IMG/VR virus record: IMGVR_UViG_3300030098_000938
Span: 1 to 33,618 of that record
Reading direction: 5' to 3' (one strand)
DNA: 33,618 bases
Origin: a virus
Lineage: Duplodnaviria > Caudoviricetes
Position numbers and translations under genes: made by a program. Every line of letters begins with the position of its first letter. The first letter of the stretch is position 1. Below the pieces are notes generated by a model that was not told where the DNA came from, ran no database searches, and saw only the letters and a program-made list of their open reading frames with translations. This document shows, one piece after another, positions 15,706 to 25,416 of the stretch.

Positions 15706-16293
15706 ATGCCAAATGTATCAGGAGTAAAAAGTAAACAAATAGTATTTGGATCTGACACAGATGCAATTTCTGCTGCAGGGACAGCTACTACTTTAGTTTT
15801 ATTAAATAGTGGTCCTTGGGTTAACGCTCAAACGGTTACTTTAACTTCTTCAGCTGACAACTCAGGAATAACTTTTGTAGTTGTAGGAAAAGATGCTGAT
15901 GGAGCTGCTCAAACAAGTGCAGCAACAACTGGACCAGATTCAACTACATTAAGCGTAGCTGGAACTTGGACAGAAGTAACAAGCATCACTGCAAGTGGAT
16001 CAATTACAACAGACATTTCTGCTGGAATAACATCAGGAGCTACAACAGGAACTATTTTTGCTGGCAGAACTAGAGTTAGAAGTATGACTGGAGTCGCTGG
16101 TGGCGGAGCAGGACGTGTTTATATTAAAAATAGTTCAGCAACATCAGGTCAAAACAGATTAATTTTAGATGTAGATAGCGGATCAACAATCGACCCATAT
16201 ATTGCCGATGACGGAATTTTATGTGAAGATGGAGCTTATTTCGCTTATGATGGAACTGCAGTAGTAGGATTATCTATACAGTTCGACGGGTAG
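15706..16293 (+). CDS. Virion structural protein, 195 aa
   Basis: GGAG RBS; shares a TLTS...G.D..G..QT...VTSIT module with 14712-15656. Confidence 0.75.
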   Translation: MPNVSGVKSKQIVFGSDTDAISAAGTATTLVLLNSGPWVNAQTVTLTSSADNSGITFVVVGKDADGAAQTSAATTGPDSTTLSVAGTWTEVTSITASGSITTDISAGITSGATTGTIFAGRTRVRSMTGVAGGGAGRVYIKNSSATSGQNRLILDVDSGSTIDPYIADDGILCEDGAYFAYDGTAVVGLSIQFDG

Positions 16294-16301
16294 GAGGTTA
16301 G

Positions 16302-17246
16302 ATGGCTAACACGACTTCTGGCTCTTATGTTTTTGACAAAAACCTAAGCATTGACGAAATTATAGAAGATGCATACGAACGTATTGGTATTCAAGGTACG
16401 TCTGGCTATCAACTTAAAACTGCCAAAAGATCATTAAATATTTTATTTTCCGAATGGGGTAATAGAGGACTTCATTTTTGGGAAGTTAAAAATCAAAATG
16501 TTGCATTAGTAGATGGCCAAGCTGTTTACACTTTTTATCGTTCACCATCTGATGGAACATCAAGTGGTATTTCAACTACATTATCTGCAGGAATAAATGC
16601 AACTGTTGCTACGATTGGAGTAGCTTCAGTTACAGGAATGCCAACAACAGGTGGTGTAATAACTATTGGAACAGAACAGATTTCATACACAGGAATTTCT
16701 AGTTTAAATTTAACTGGATGCACTAGAGGAATTAATGGCAGCACAGCAGCTACTCATAGTACTTCTGATGCCGTATTACAGTTTCCAGTTGGTATGACAG
16801 ACATTCAAGAAGCAGACTACAGAGTTAAATCAACTTCAGTTGATACTCCAATGACAAAAATTAGTAGATCACAATATCAAGGTTTTTCTAATAAAACTGA
16901 TAAAGGTTTACCTACACAATATTGGGTACAAAGATTTGTAGATAAAGTTACAATGACTTTATACTTAACTCCAGGTGCAGCCCAAGATGGAAACTATATT
17001 AATTTTTATTACACAAAAAGAATTGATGATGTAGGCGCATATACAAATGCAACTGATGTACCTTACAGATTTGTTCCGTGTATGATTGCAGGACTATCTT
17101 ATTATCTTGCAGTTAAATATGCTCCACAAAGAGTACAAGAATTAAAATTATTATACGAAGATGAATTGTTAAGAGCTGAAGATGAAGATGGTTCTTCTAA
17201 CTCTACATACATTTCACCTAAAATTTATTATCCGGGGATTGGTTAA
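16302..17246 (+). CDS. Putative head-tail adaptor/connector protein with an inserted ~70-aa beta domain
   Basis: AGGAGG RBS; helical N-terminus (IDEIIEDAYERIG...AKRSLNILFSEW) and C-terminus (AGLSYYLAVKY...LKLLYEDEL), as in podovirus adaptors. Confidence 0.6.
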   Translation: MANTTSGSYVFDKNLSIDEIIEDAYERIGIQGTSGYQLKTAKRSLNILFSEWGNRGLHFWEVKNQNVALVDGQAVYTFYRSPSDGTSSGISTTLSAGINATVATIGVASVTGMPTTGGVITIGTEQISYTGISSLNLTGCTRGINGSTAATHSTSDAVLQFPVGMTDIQEADYRVKSTSVDTPMTKISRSQYQGFSNKTDKGLPTQYWVQRFVDKVTMTLYLTPGAAQDGNYINFYYTKRIDDVGAYTNATDVPYRFVPCMIAGLSYYLAVKYAPQRVQELKLLYEDELLRAEDEDGSSNSTYISPKIYYPGIG

Positions 17247-18043
17247 TGACTACTTTTTCACAAGGTAAATATGCTTTAGCAATATCTGATAGATCGGGAA
17301 TGGCATTTCCATATAATGAAATGGTTAGAGAGTGGAATGGTGCCCTGGTCCATGTTTCAGAATACGAGCCTAAACAACCACAGTTAGATCCAAAACCAAC
17401 AAGTGCAGATCCACAAGCTTTACAAAGAGCAAGACCTGCTAGAACAGAATTTAGTACACAAGATTTTTTACCTTTAGACCCTTTTACAACTGCAGGAACT
17501 ACAACTTTAACAGTTTCGTTTCCTTCTGGTGCATTACAAGTTGATGATATTTTAAGATTTACAAATATTAAAGAACCTGTGGGTGGTGTATCAATTGCAA
17601 GACTTAAATTACAGACAACTTTAAATGGTAATATTACTGATACTGCTACTACCATAACTTTAACTGATGGGTCTAATTTTCCTACTTCTGGATTTATTAT
17701 GATTAAAAAAATTAATAGTGTTTCAGGTTTATATGAAAACGAAGTTATTGAATATACTGGTAGATCAAGCAATAATTTAACTGGTTGTGTAAGAGGAAAA
17801 TCTTCTCCTTATAGAGGAATTACTCCTCCTGCATCAACAGCAGGCTCACATGATTCAGGAGCTACTGTATTTGGGTCATTTAAGGTTGCTTCTTTAATTG
17901 GAACAAGTTATGTTAACGATGCTAACACAACAGTTACGGATTATAATAGTTTTACATTAACATTACCAAGTGCTGCTAGTGGTAGCGCAACAGGTGGAGG
18001 ATTTAATTGTGTAATTAGTCCTCTTAATATAGAGAGTTTATAA
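17246..18043 (+). CDS. Virion structural protein, 265 aa
   Basis: Coupled ORF; GKYALAISDRSG...EWNG...EPKQPQL N-terminus; carries the same ~70-aa inserted domain. Confidence 0.75.
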   Translation: MTTFSQGKYALAISDRSGMAFPYNEMVREWNGALVHVSEYEPKQPQLDPKPTSADPQALQRARPARTEFSTQDFLPLDPFTTAGTTTLTVSFPSGALQVDDILRFTNIKEPVGGVSIARLKLQTTLNGNITDTATTITLTDGSNFPTSGFIMIKKINSVSGLYENEVIEYTGRSSNNLTGCVRGKSSPYRGITPPASTAGSHDSGATVFGSFKVASLIGTSYVNDANTTVTDYNSFTLTLPSAASGSATGGGFNCVISPLNIESL

Positions 18044-18786
18044 TGTCAGGATTAAGTGCATCAGGATTAAGAACACAGATTAGAAGCTACACTGAAGTAG
18101 ACGACGGTGTATTAACTGATGCTGTTTTAGAAAATATTATTTTAAATGCTCAACAAAGAATATTTATGGATCTACCGATGGATTCTGATCGGCATGTTCA
18201 AGAAGGTACACTCGCTGCAAATGACAATACAATTAATGCTCCAGCAGGATGTATGTTTATTAGAGGAATAGAAGTATTTAATTCAACAGCTAATACCGAA
18301 GGAAATGGAACTTGGTTAGAGAAAAAAGATCAAACATACTTAGCAGAGTTTGTAGATAGAAAATTTGGACCAGAAGGGACTATTCAAGCACCAACAGATA
18401 CTACCAATTCAGTTACAGGTTTTCCTAAATATTATGCTATGTTTGGTGGTGCTACGGGTTTATCTGACACTACTTCAGGGGGGATGTATATAGCTCCAAC
18501 ACCTGATGCAAATTATAAATTTAGGGTATATTATAATAAAATACCAGTGTTATTAGAGGGTAGTAACACAAACTATATTAGTTTAAATTTCCCACAAGGT
18601 CTTCTGTATTGTTGTTTGGCTGAGACTTATGCGTTCTTAAAAGGCCCAACGGATATGTTGACATTATACGAACAAAAGTATAAAAATGCTATACAACAGT
18701 TTGCAGGAATGCAGCTAGGAAGACGAAGACGAGACGATTACACTGACGGTACAGTTAGAATACCAGTTAAGTCACCGTCTCCATAA
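18043..18786 (+). CDS. Putative second adaptor/tail tubular-type protein, 247 aa
   Basis: Helix-beta-helix layout (GFPKYYA, IAPTPD, LLYCCLAETYAFLK) like phage adaptor proteins. Confidence 0.55.
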   Translation: MSGLSASGLRTQIRSYTEVDDGVLTDAVLENIILNAQQRIFMDLPMDSDRHVQEGTLAANDNTINAPAGCMFIRGIEVFNSTANTEGNGTWLEKKDQTYLAEFVDRKFGPEGTIQAPTDTTNSVTGFPKYYAMFGGATGLSDTTSGGMYIAPTPDANYKFRVYYNKIPVLLEGSNTNYISLNFPQGLLYCCLAETYAFLKGPTDMLTLYEQKYKNAIQQFAGMQLGRRRRDDYTDGTVRIPVKSPSP

Positions 18787-18801
18787 TGAGGAGAAAATTT
18801 T

Positions 18802-19230
18802 ATGGCTAACACATCAGCAATTTGTAACTCTTTTAAACAAGAGGTATTAGTAGCAACACACAATTTTACAGCTTCGACTGGAAACACTTTTAAATTAGCT
18901 TTGTTTGATTCAGATGCAACTTTAGGTGCAAGCACAACAGCTTATGCTACTTCTGAAGAAATAACTGGAACTGGTTATACAGCTGGTGGAAAAACTATTA
19001 CAAGTGTAACACCTGTTTTAGACTCTTCAACAGCAGTGTGTGATTTTGGAGATGTTTCTTGGACTTCTGCAACATTTACTGCAAATGCATGTTTAATTTA
19101 TAATTCTAGCGCATCAAATAAAGCAGTTTGTTCTGTAGCTTTTGGAGGAGACAAATCTGTTTCTTCTGGAACTTTTACAATTCAATTCCCTGCTGCAGCA
19201 GCTACAACCGCTATAGTTCGTATAGCATAA
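18802..19230 (+). CDS. Tail-associated structural protein, 142 aa
   Basis: GAGGAG RBS; FKLALF...GYTAGG...GTFTIQFP beta-rich pattern in the tail module. Confidence 0.7.
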   Translation: MANTSAICNSFKQEVLVATHNFTASTGNTFKLALFDSDATLGASTTAYATSEEITGTGYTAGGKTITSVTPVLDSSTAVCDFGDVSWTSATFTANACLIYNSSASNKAVCSVAFGGDKSVSSGTFTIQFPAAAATTAIVRIA

Positions 19231-19243
19231 GGAGGAAATCCTT

Positions 19244-20389
19244 ATGGCTATTGCTCAAACGTTCACCGTAACGGTAGCAGGCGGTAAATACTATATTGAT
19301 GGTGTTCAACAAGACACCGTAATGATCGGAGCCGGTCTTACTTATAAGTTTGACCAGTCAGATAGCACTAACGAAAACCACCCACTTAGATTTTCAAGCG
19401 ACAGCGGAAATTCAACTCCTTACACAGAGGGTGTAACTGCAGTTGGAACACCTGGTAATTCAGGAGCATACACAGAAATACAAGTTCAAAATGGTGCTCC
19501 TTCAACTTTATATTATTATTGTACTAATCACTCTGGTATGGGCGGCGAAGCTAATACTGATGGTTGGGGTCGTTCTTATTGGGGACAAGCTGATTGGGGA
19601 GATACAAATATAGTTGTACAAGGATGGGGTCGTCTTGGATGGGGATCACAAGCTTATGGTGACGCGCCAGTTGTAGCTCTTTCTGGTTTATCAGCTACCT
19701 CCGCAGTTGGTGCACCGACAGTAGAAGTTAGACCTGGTTGGGGTACTCTTGATTGGGGTGAAAACGGTTGGGGTAGTGTTGAAGAAGGAATTGAAAATTT
19801 AATTGGTATTGGAGCAACGTCTAGTGTGGGATCACTTACACTTGAAATAGGTGTACCATTAACAGGAGTATCTGCAACAGCATCTGTTCCAACACAATTA
19901 GATATTCCACAATTAATTACAGGTGTATCAGCCACAGCTTCAGAAGGTCAATTAAATATTAGTGATGGTTCTGACCATGTTCAAGGTTTAGCAACTTTAG
20001 TAGCCACAAGTGCAGTAGGATCAATTTTACCTGCTGATGTAGTTGGGCTTAGCGGAGTATCTGCAACCGCTTCAGTAGGTCCAGATATGCTAGTTAATGA
20101 TACTATAGTTGTAGATCTTACTGGTCTTGCTGCTGGGGCAACTTCTAGTGTAGGATCAATAGTTCCAGATGGAATGGCTTTAGGTATTTCTGGTGTTTCT
20201 TGTAGCTCTTCTGTAGGCTCAATTAGCCCTGCAGAAGTTATGGGATTGACTGGAGTTTCAGCAACTGTTACAGTAGGAGATGCTGTTCCTTTAGGATATC
20301 TAAATATTGATATTACAGGAAATACAAGTTATAATGATGTTGACGTTAGTGGAAATACATCATATACAGATGTAACGCACGCAGCTTAG
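19244..20389 (+). CDS. Tail-associated protein: cupredoxin-like N-terminus, WG repeats, (L)TGVSATASVG repeats
   Basis: AAGGAGG RBS; NHPLRF...YYYCTNHSGMG; three GWG-xxx-WG-xxx-(W/Y)G blocks; repeated GVSAT(A/S)SVG units. Confidence 0.75.
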   Translation: MAIAQTFTVTVAGGKYYIDGVQQDTVMIGAGLTYKFDQSDSTNENHPLRFSSDSGNSTPYTEGVTAVGTPGNSGAYTEIQVQNGAPSTLYYYCTNHSGMGGEANTDGWGRSYWGQADWGDTNIVVQGWGRLGWGSQAYGDAPVVALSGLSATSAVGAPTVEVRPGWGTLDWGENGWGSVEEGIENLIGIGATSSVGSLTLEIGVPLTGVSATASVPTQLDIPQLITGVSATASEGQLNISDGSDHVQGLATLVATSAVGSILPADVVGLSGVSATASVGPDMLVNDTIVVDLTGLAAGATSSVGSIVPDGMALGISGVSCSSSVGSISPAEVMGLTGVSATVTVGDAVPLGYLNIDITGNTSYNDVDVSGNTSYTDVTHAA

Positions 20390-20400
20390 GAGAAAATATT

Positions 20401-21435
20401 ATGGCTTCAACTTATACGCCTCTTGGTGTTGAATTAATGGTAACTGGTGAAAATGCCGGTACTTGGGGAACAAAGACTAATACAAATTTACAATTATTTG
20501 AACAAATATCTGGTGGATTTAAAGTTCAAACTTTAAACGCTGGTGGAGCTGGTGCTAATACTACAGCTTTAGCTGTTTCAGATGGATCTACTGGTGCAAC
20601 TCTTGCAACCAGAGTAATTATTTTAGGAGCAGAATCTCCTGAAACAATTTCAGGAAATAAAATTGTAACACTTCCTAACGATGTAGAGAATTTTTATTTT
20701 ATTAAAAATAGCACAAGTGGTTCTTATACAGTACAACTTAAAACAGCTAGTGGTTCAGGAAACACAGTTACTTGGGCAACAACTGATAAAGGTTGGAAAA
20801 TTATTTATGCAGATGGGGCTACTAGTAACCCTAATGTAGTAGAGATTGTAGCTGGTGGATTACCAGGTGGATCAGATACACAAATTCAATTTAATGATTC
20901 AGGATCTTTTGGTGGAGATGCAAACTTAGTTTGGAATTCATCTACTGGATTAAACATTGGAACTTCGAAAGAAATAAGATTACAGGACGACTCAGGTGGT
21001 CAATACATAGGTCAGAAAGCCGGCAATAGCACCACGTCTTATACTTTGACGTGGCCAACAGGCGTAGCAGGAGGAAACGGCTACGTTTTAAAATCAACAA
21101 CAGGTGGAGTTTTAACTTGGGAAGAACTAGCAGCGGGTGGAACATCATGGCAATCAGTTAAAACAGGAAACTATACAGCGTCAGCTGGTGAAGGTGTTTT
21201 CTGTAACACTACTTCCGGATCTTTTACTTTAACTCTACCAGCATCACCATCAATCGGCGATGAAGTTTCGTTTATAGACTATGCAGGTACTTTTGACACT
21301 TATGCTCTAACTATTGGAAGAAACAGTGAAAAAATCAATGGAGCAACTGCAGACTTAACAGTTGCAGTAGAAAGAGCCGCAAACACTTTAGTCTACACAG
21401 ATGGGACTCAGGGCTGGTTATTGAAGAGTAAATAA
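20401..21435 (+). CDS. Putative tail fibre/proximal fibre protein, 344 aa
   Basis: GENAGTWGTKTNTN N-terminus, PGGSDTQIQFNDSGSFGG and YVLKSTTGGVLTW fibre linkers, C-terminal LTLPASPSIGDEV...LVYTDGTQGW module. Confidence 0.7.
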   Translation: MASTYTPLGVELMVTGENAGTWGTKTNTNLQLFEQISGGFKVQTLNAGGAGANTTALAVSDGSTGATLATRVIILGAESPETISGNKIVTLPNDVENFYFIKNSTSGSYTVQLKTASGSGNTVTWATTDKGWKIIYADGATSNPNVVEIVAGGLPGGSDTQIQFNDSGSFGGDANLVWNSSTGLNIGTSKEIRLQDDSGGQYIGQKAGNSTTSYTLTWPTGVAGGNGYVLKSTTGGVLTWEELAAGGTSWQSVKTGNYTASAGEGVFCNTTSGSFTLTLPASPSIGDEVSFIDYAGTFDTYALTIGRNSEKINGATADLTVAVERAANTLVYTDGTQGWLLKSK

Positions 21436-21437
21436 TC

Positions 21438-23264
21438 ATGGCATCATATAAAGAGACAGTTGGGACAGCGGTTGTCAACTACGCTGGAAATTATCCAGGA
21501 GCCGTGGACGGTGAGCTATGGTACGATAGCACTAACAAAGATTTCAAATATCAATACCCATCCGTAACAGCAGCTGGTTCTTGGAGAACTGCAAATAGTT
21601 TAGGAACTGCAAGATATTATCAAGGTTCAGCTGGTCTTTATACTAGTGGAATAGTTTTTGGAGGAGAGGCAAATCCAGGAGTAACTGGAGCAACAGAAAT
21701 TTATGATGGAACAAGTTGGACTGAAACCACAGATTTAAATACTACTAGATATGCAGCACAAGGTGCTGGAGCCAGTAGTACTTCAGCTGTAGCATTTGGT
21801 GGTTCTGCTCCTTCTGTTCCTGGTAATACAGGAGTAACAGAAAGTTGGAACGGTTCTAACTGGACTGAAGTTAATGATATGAATACAGCTAGAAGATATT
21901 TTGGTGGTTTTGGTGCTACAAACGATAGTGCTATAGCCGCTGGAGGATATACAACAACTAACGTTACAGTTACTGAATCATGGAATGGAACTAATTGGAC
22001 TGAGGTTAATGATTTAAATACAGCTAGAAGAGGATTGGCTAGTGCTGGAGCTAGTAATACTTCTGGTTTAGTTGCTGGTGGAGGTCCGCCAGCTATAGCA
22101 GATACAGAAACTTGGAATGGAACGAACTGGACTGAGGTTAATAATTTAAATACTGCTAGAGCATATTTTCCTGGAAATGGCACACAAACATCAGCTTTAG
22201 TTTATGGTGGTACTACCTTCCCAACTAGAAGAGCTGAGACAGAATCATGGAATGGAACTAATTGGACTGAAGAAGCAGATTTAAGCACAGCCAGAGATGG
22301 TGGTGCAGGATTTAATAATACAAATAATAACAACGCTGTATATGCTGGAGGACACAATGGAACTACAAAAGTAGCAACTACAGAAGAATGGACAGGTGCA
22401 GGTCAACCAGTCGGAGCTTGGGCTACAAGCACTTCTATAAATACAGGTAGAGATATTCTTTCAGCTTCTGGATCATCAACAGCGGCATTAGCTTTTGGTG
22501 GTATGACTTCAGGAGATAGTGACAGTGCTTTAACAGAAAATTGGAATGGTTCTAGTTGGACTGAAGTAAATGATTTAACTACAGCTCGATCACAATCTGC
22601 TGGTTTTGGTACATCAACCGCTGCTTTAATGGCTGGGGGAGCAGCTCCACCTTCAACTACTTTAAAAACTTTAACAGAAAATTGGAATGGAACTAACTGG
22701 ACTGAAGTCAATGATATGAACACTGCTAGACGTTACTTAGGTGGAACAGGAACTGTTCCATATGGAGTAGTTTTTGGTGGTTATATTTCAGCAAATTCAG
22801 CTTTAACAGAACTTTGGAACGGAACCAACTGGACTGAAGTTAACGATTTAAACACTGCAAGACATGATATGGCTTCATTTGGAATATATACAGCAGCAAT
22901 TTCTGCTGGAGGTTATGGTCCAAATACAACAGCAATAACAGAAAGTTGGAATGGATCAAATTGGACAGAAGTTAACGATCTTAATTCAGCTAGATATGGT
23001 TTAAGAGGTGCTCAACAAAGCCCAAGTACCGACGGTTTAGTTTATGGTGGTGGAACAGCACCTGTTGCAGACTTTACAGAACAATGGAATGGTGCTAGTT
23101 GGGTAGAAGTTGCAGACATGAGTCAGAAAAGAAGATATTTGGGATCTTCTGGTAATGCTACTAGTGCTTTAGCAATTGCTGGAGATGCTAATCCAGGAGA
23201 AGCTTTAACAGCTGTTGAAGAATGGAGTGGAAGTTCAACAACAATTAAGGTACTATCAGATTAA
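21438..23264 (+). CDS. Kelch-like double beta-propeller protein (12 blades), paralogue 1
   Basis: ~47-aa repeats with GG, E-x-W-N-G-x-x-W and D-L-N-T-A-R; 12 blades counted. Confidence 0.85.
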   Translation: MASYKETVGTAVVNYAGNYPGAVDGELWYDSTNKDFKYQYPSVTAAGSWRTANSLGTARYYQGSAGLYTSGIVFGGEANPGVTGATEIYDGTSWTETTDLNTTRYAAQGAGASSTSAVAFGGSAPSVPGNTGVTESWNGSNWTEVNDMNTARRYFGGFGATNDSAIAAGGYTTTNVTVTESWNGTNWTEVNDLNTARRGLASAGASNTSGLVAGGGPPAIADTETWNGTNWTEVNNLNTARAYFPGNGTQTSALVYGGTTFPTRRAETESWNGTNWTEEADLSTARDGGAGFNNTNNNNAVYAGGHNGTTKVATTEEWTGAGQPVGAWATSTSINTGRDILSASGSSTAALAFGGMTSGDSDSALTENWNGSSWTEVNDLTTARSQSAGFGTSTAALMAGGAAPPSTTLKTLTENWNGTNWTEVNDMNTARRYLGGTGTVPYGVVFGGYISANSALTELWNGTNWTEVNDLNTARHDMASFGIYTAAISAGGYGPNTTAITESWNGSNWTEVNDLNSARYGLRGAQQSPSTDGLVYGGGTAPVADFTEQWNGASWVEVADMSQKRRYLGSSGNATSALAIAGDANPGEALTAVEEWSGSSTTIKVLSD

Positions 23265-23279
23265 TCAAAGGAGGAAACT

Positions 23280-23576
23280 ATGGCAAAAACATATCAATAC
23301 TGTGTAGCAGAAAACTGGGGAAAGGGATTTATTGATCACAGTGAATCTCAAAGAATCACGTTTAAAGGCTATCCTGGAAATGTTTGGCAAGTTCCTGCAT
23401 ACAACAAACACGGTAATCTTTGGATTGCTAAAGTTGCAGGTGCTGTAAAAACAAAAGACGAGGCACAAGCGATTGTTGATGCAGAGGTTCAAGCGGCACA
23501 AGCTGCTTGGGATGCGAAATCAGATGAAGAAAAAGCTGATAGCATAAGACCTACTGACATAACATTGGAGGAGTAA
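23280..23576 (+). CDS. Small protein, 98 aa, inside the propeller cluster (possible fibre adaptor/chaperone)
   Basis: GGAGG RBS; function inferred only from position. Confidence 0.75.
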   Translation: MAKTYQYCVAENWGKGFIDHSESQRITFKGYPGNVWQVPAYNKHGNLWIAKVAGAVKTKDEAQAIVDAEVQAAQAAWDAKSDEEKADSIRPTDITLEE

Positions 23577-23584
23577 AAATTTAA

Positions 23585-25414
23585 ATGGCTGAGTATAAAG
23601 AAATACATGGCACAAAAATTCGGAACTATACGACTAATCCCGATAATCCGTTAACGGGAGAGGTGTGGTATAACGATACTGATAATGTATTAAAGTTTCA
23701 ATATCCTACTACGACTACATCTGGTTCGTGGAGAAGTGGTAATAACATGAATACTTCAAGAGAAAATGTAGCTGGATCAGGAATATATACAGCAGCTCTA
23801 GGATTTGGAGGATATGCATCGGGTCCCGGTGCTCCTACAGGTGATACTGAGTCTTATAATGGAACAAATTGGACAGAATTAAATAATTTAAATACAGCCA
23901 GAGCAAGTTTAGGAGGAGCATTAAATGCACCTAATACAGCAACTTTAGGTTTTGGTGGAATAGCTCCACCTGGTGCAACTTATAAAGCTGTTACAGAAAC
24001 TTGGAATGGAACTAATTGGACAGAAGTTAACGATTTAAATACTGCACGAGCTTTAATGGGAGGAGCAGGATCATCTAATACTGCTGTTTTAGCTTATGGA
24101 GGAAATATACCACCAACAACTACAGCTACAGAACTTTGGAATGGAACAAACTGGACTGAAGTAAACGATTTAAATACTACTAGAAAAGAACTTGGAGATG
24201 CTGGAACATCAACTGCTGCTTTAGCTTTTGGTGGAGAGGGAGGAGGAGTAGCATATGCTGTTACAGAATCTTGGAATGGAACCAACTGGACAGAAGTAAA
24301 CGATTTAAATACTTTACGAGCAGCATTAGGTGGAGCAGGAACTCAACCAGCTGCATTAGCCATAGGGGGAAGAGCTCATAATGGTGATTTACCGCCTGCA
24401 AATAAAACAGAAGTTTGGAATGGAACTAACTGGACTGAAGAAGGAGATTTAAATACAATAAGAAGATCAATGGGTAGTTGTGGAACAACTGCAAATGCAT
24501 TAGCATTTGGTGGAAATACTGGATCACCAACAACAGCAACAGAAGAATGGACAGGTTCAGGTGCACCAGTTGGAGCTTGGGCTACTGGAGGAACTGCTAA
24601 CACAGCAAGAAGAGATTTAGGAGGAGCAGGAACTCAGACAGCAGGTTTAATGTTTGGAGGACAACCTCCTCCTACAGGAGTAGGAAATACAGAATCTTAT
24701 AATGGAACTAACTGGACTGAAGTAAATGATTTACAACAAGCTAGATGTGGAAATGCAGGCTCTGGAACTGCGACTTCTGCATTAACTTATGGTGGATTAA
24801 CAACTACTTATGTTAGTCTTACTGAAAGTTGGAATGGAACAAACTGGACTGAAGTAAACGACTTAAACACATCAAGAGGATTTTTAAATGGATTCGGGGC
24901 GGATAGCACGTCCGCTTTAGCGTTTGGGGGTGCAACACCACCAGTAACTGCAGTAACAGAACTTTATAATGGAACAAACTGGACTGAAGTGAACGACTTA
25001 AATACTGGTAGGTATGAATCAGTAGGAACCGGAATTGTTACAGCTGGATTAGCTAGTGGTGGTTATTCAACCACAGCAATAGGAGACACAGAATCTTGGA
25101 ATGGAACTAATTGGACTGAGCTTAATAATTTAAATACAGCAAGATATTCTGCAGCAGGTTCAGGAACATCAACTGCATCTCTAGTTTTTGGAGGAGCACC
25201 TGGTTTTAAAGCAAATACTGAAGAATGGAATGGTGTTAGCTGGGTAGAATTAGCAGATTTAAGCACAGCTAGATATGGTGGAAGCGGAACTCCCGCAGGT
25301 ACATCAGCGGCTGCATTTTATGCTGTAGGTAGATTTAATAGTACAACAGACACTGCAGCAACAGAGGAATGGAGTGGCTCAACAACAACAACTAAAACGG
25401 TAGACACGGATTAA
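23585..25414 (+). CDS. Kelch-like double beta-propeller protein (12 blades), paralogue 2
   Basis: Same repeat and same N-terminal head (YKEIHGT...GEVWYN); 12 blades counted. Confidence 0.85.
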   Translation: MAEYKEIHGTKIRNYTTNPDNPLTGEVWYNDTDNVLKFQYPTTTTSGSWRSGNNMNTSRENVAGSGIYTAALGFGGYASGPGAPTGDTESYNGTNWTELNNLNTARASLGGALNAPNTATLGFGGIAPPGATYKAVTETWNGTNWTEVNDLNTARALMGGAGSSNTAVLAYGGNIPPTTTATELWNGTNWTEVNDLNTTRKELGDAGTSTAALAFGGEGGGVAYAVTESWNGTNWTEVNDLNTLRAALGGAGTQPAALAIGGRAHNGDLPPANKTEVWNGTNWTEEGDLNTIRRSMGSCGTTANALAFGGNTGSPTTATEEWTGSGAPVGAWATGGTANTARRDLGGAGTQTAGLMFGGQPPPTGVGNTESYNGTNWTEVNDLQQARCGNAGSGTATSALTYGGLTTTYVSLTESWNGTNWTEVNDLNTSRGFLNGFGADSTSALAFGGATPPVTAVTELYNGTNWTEVNDLNTGRYESVGTGIVTAGLASGGYSTTAIGDTESWNGTNWTELNNLNTARYSAAGSGTSTASLVFGGAPGFKANTEEWNGVSWVELADLSTARYGGSGTPAGTSAAAFYAVGRFNSTTDTAATEEWSGSTTTTKTVDTD

Positions 25415-25416
25415 TT

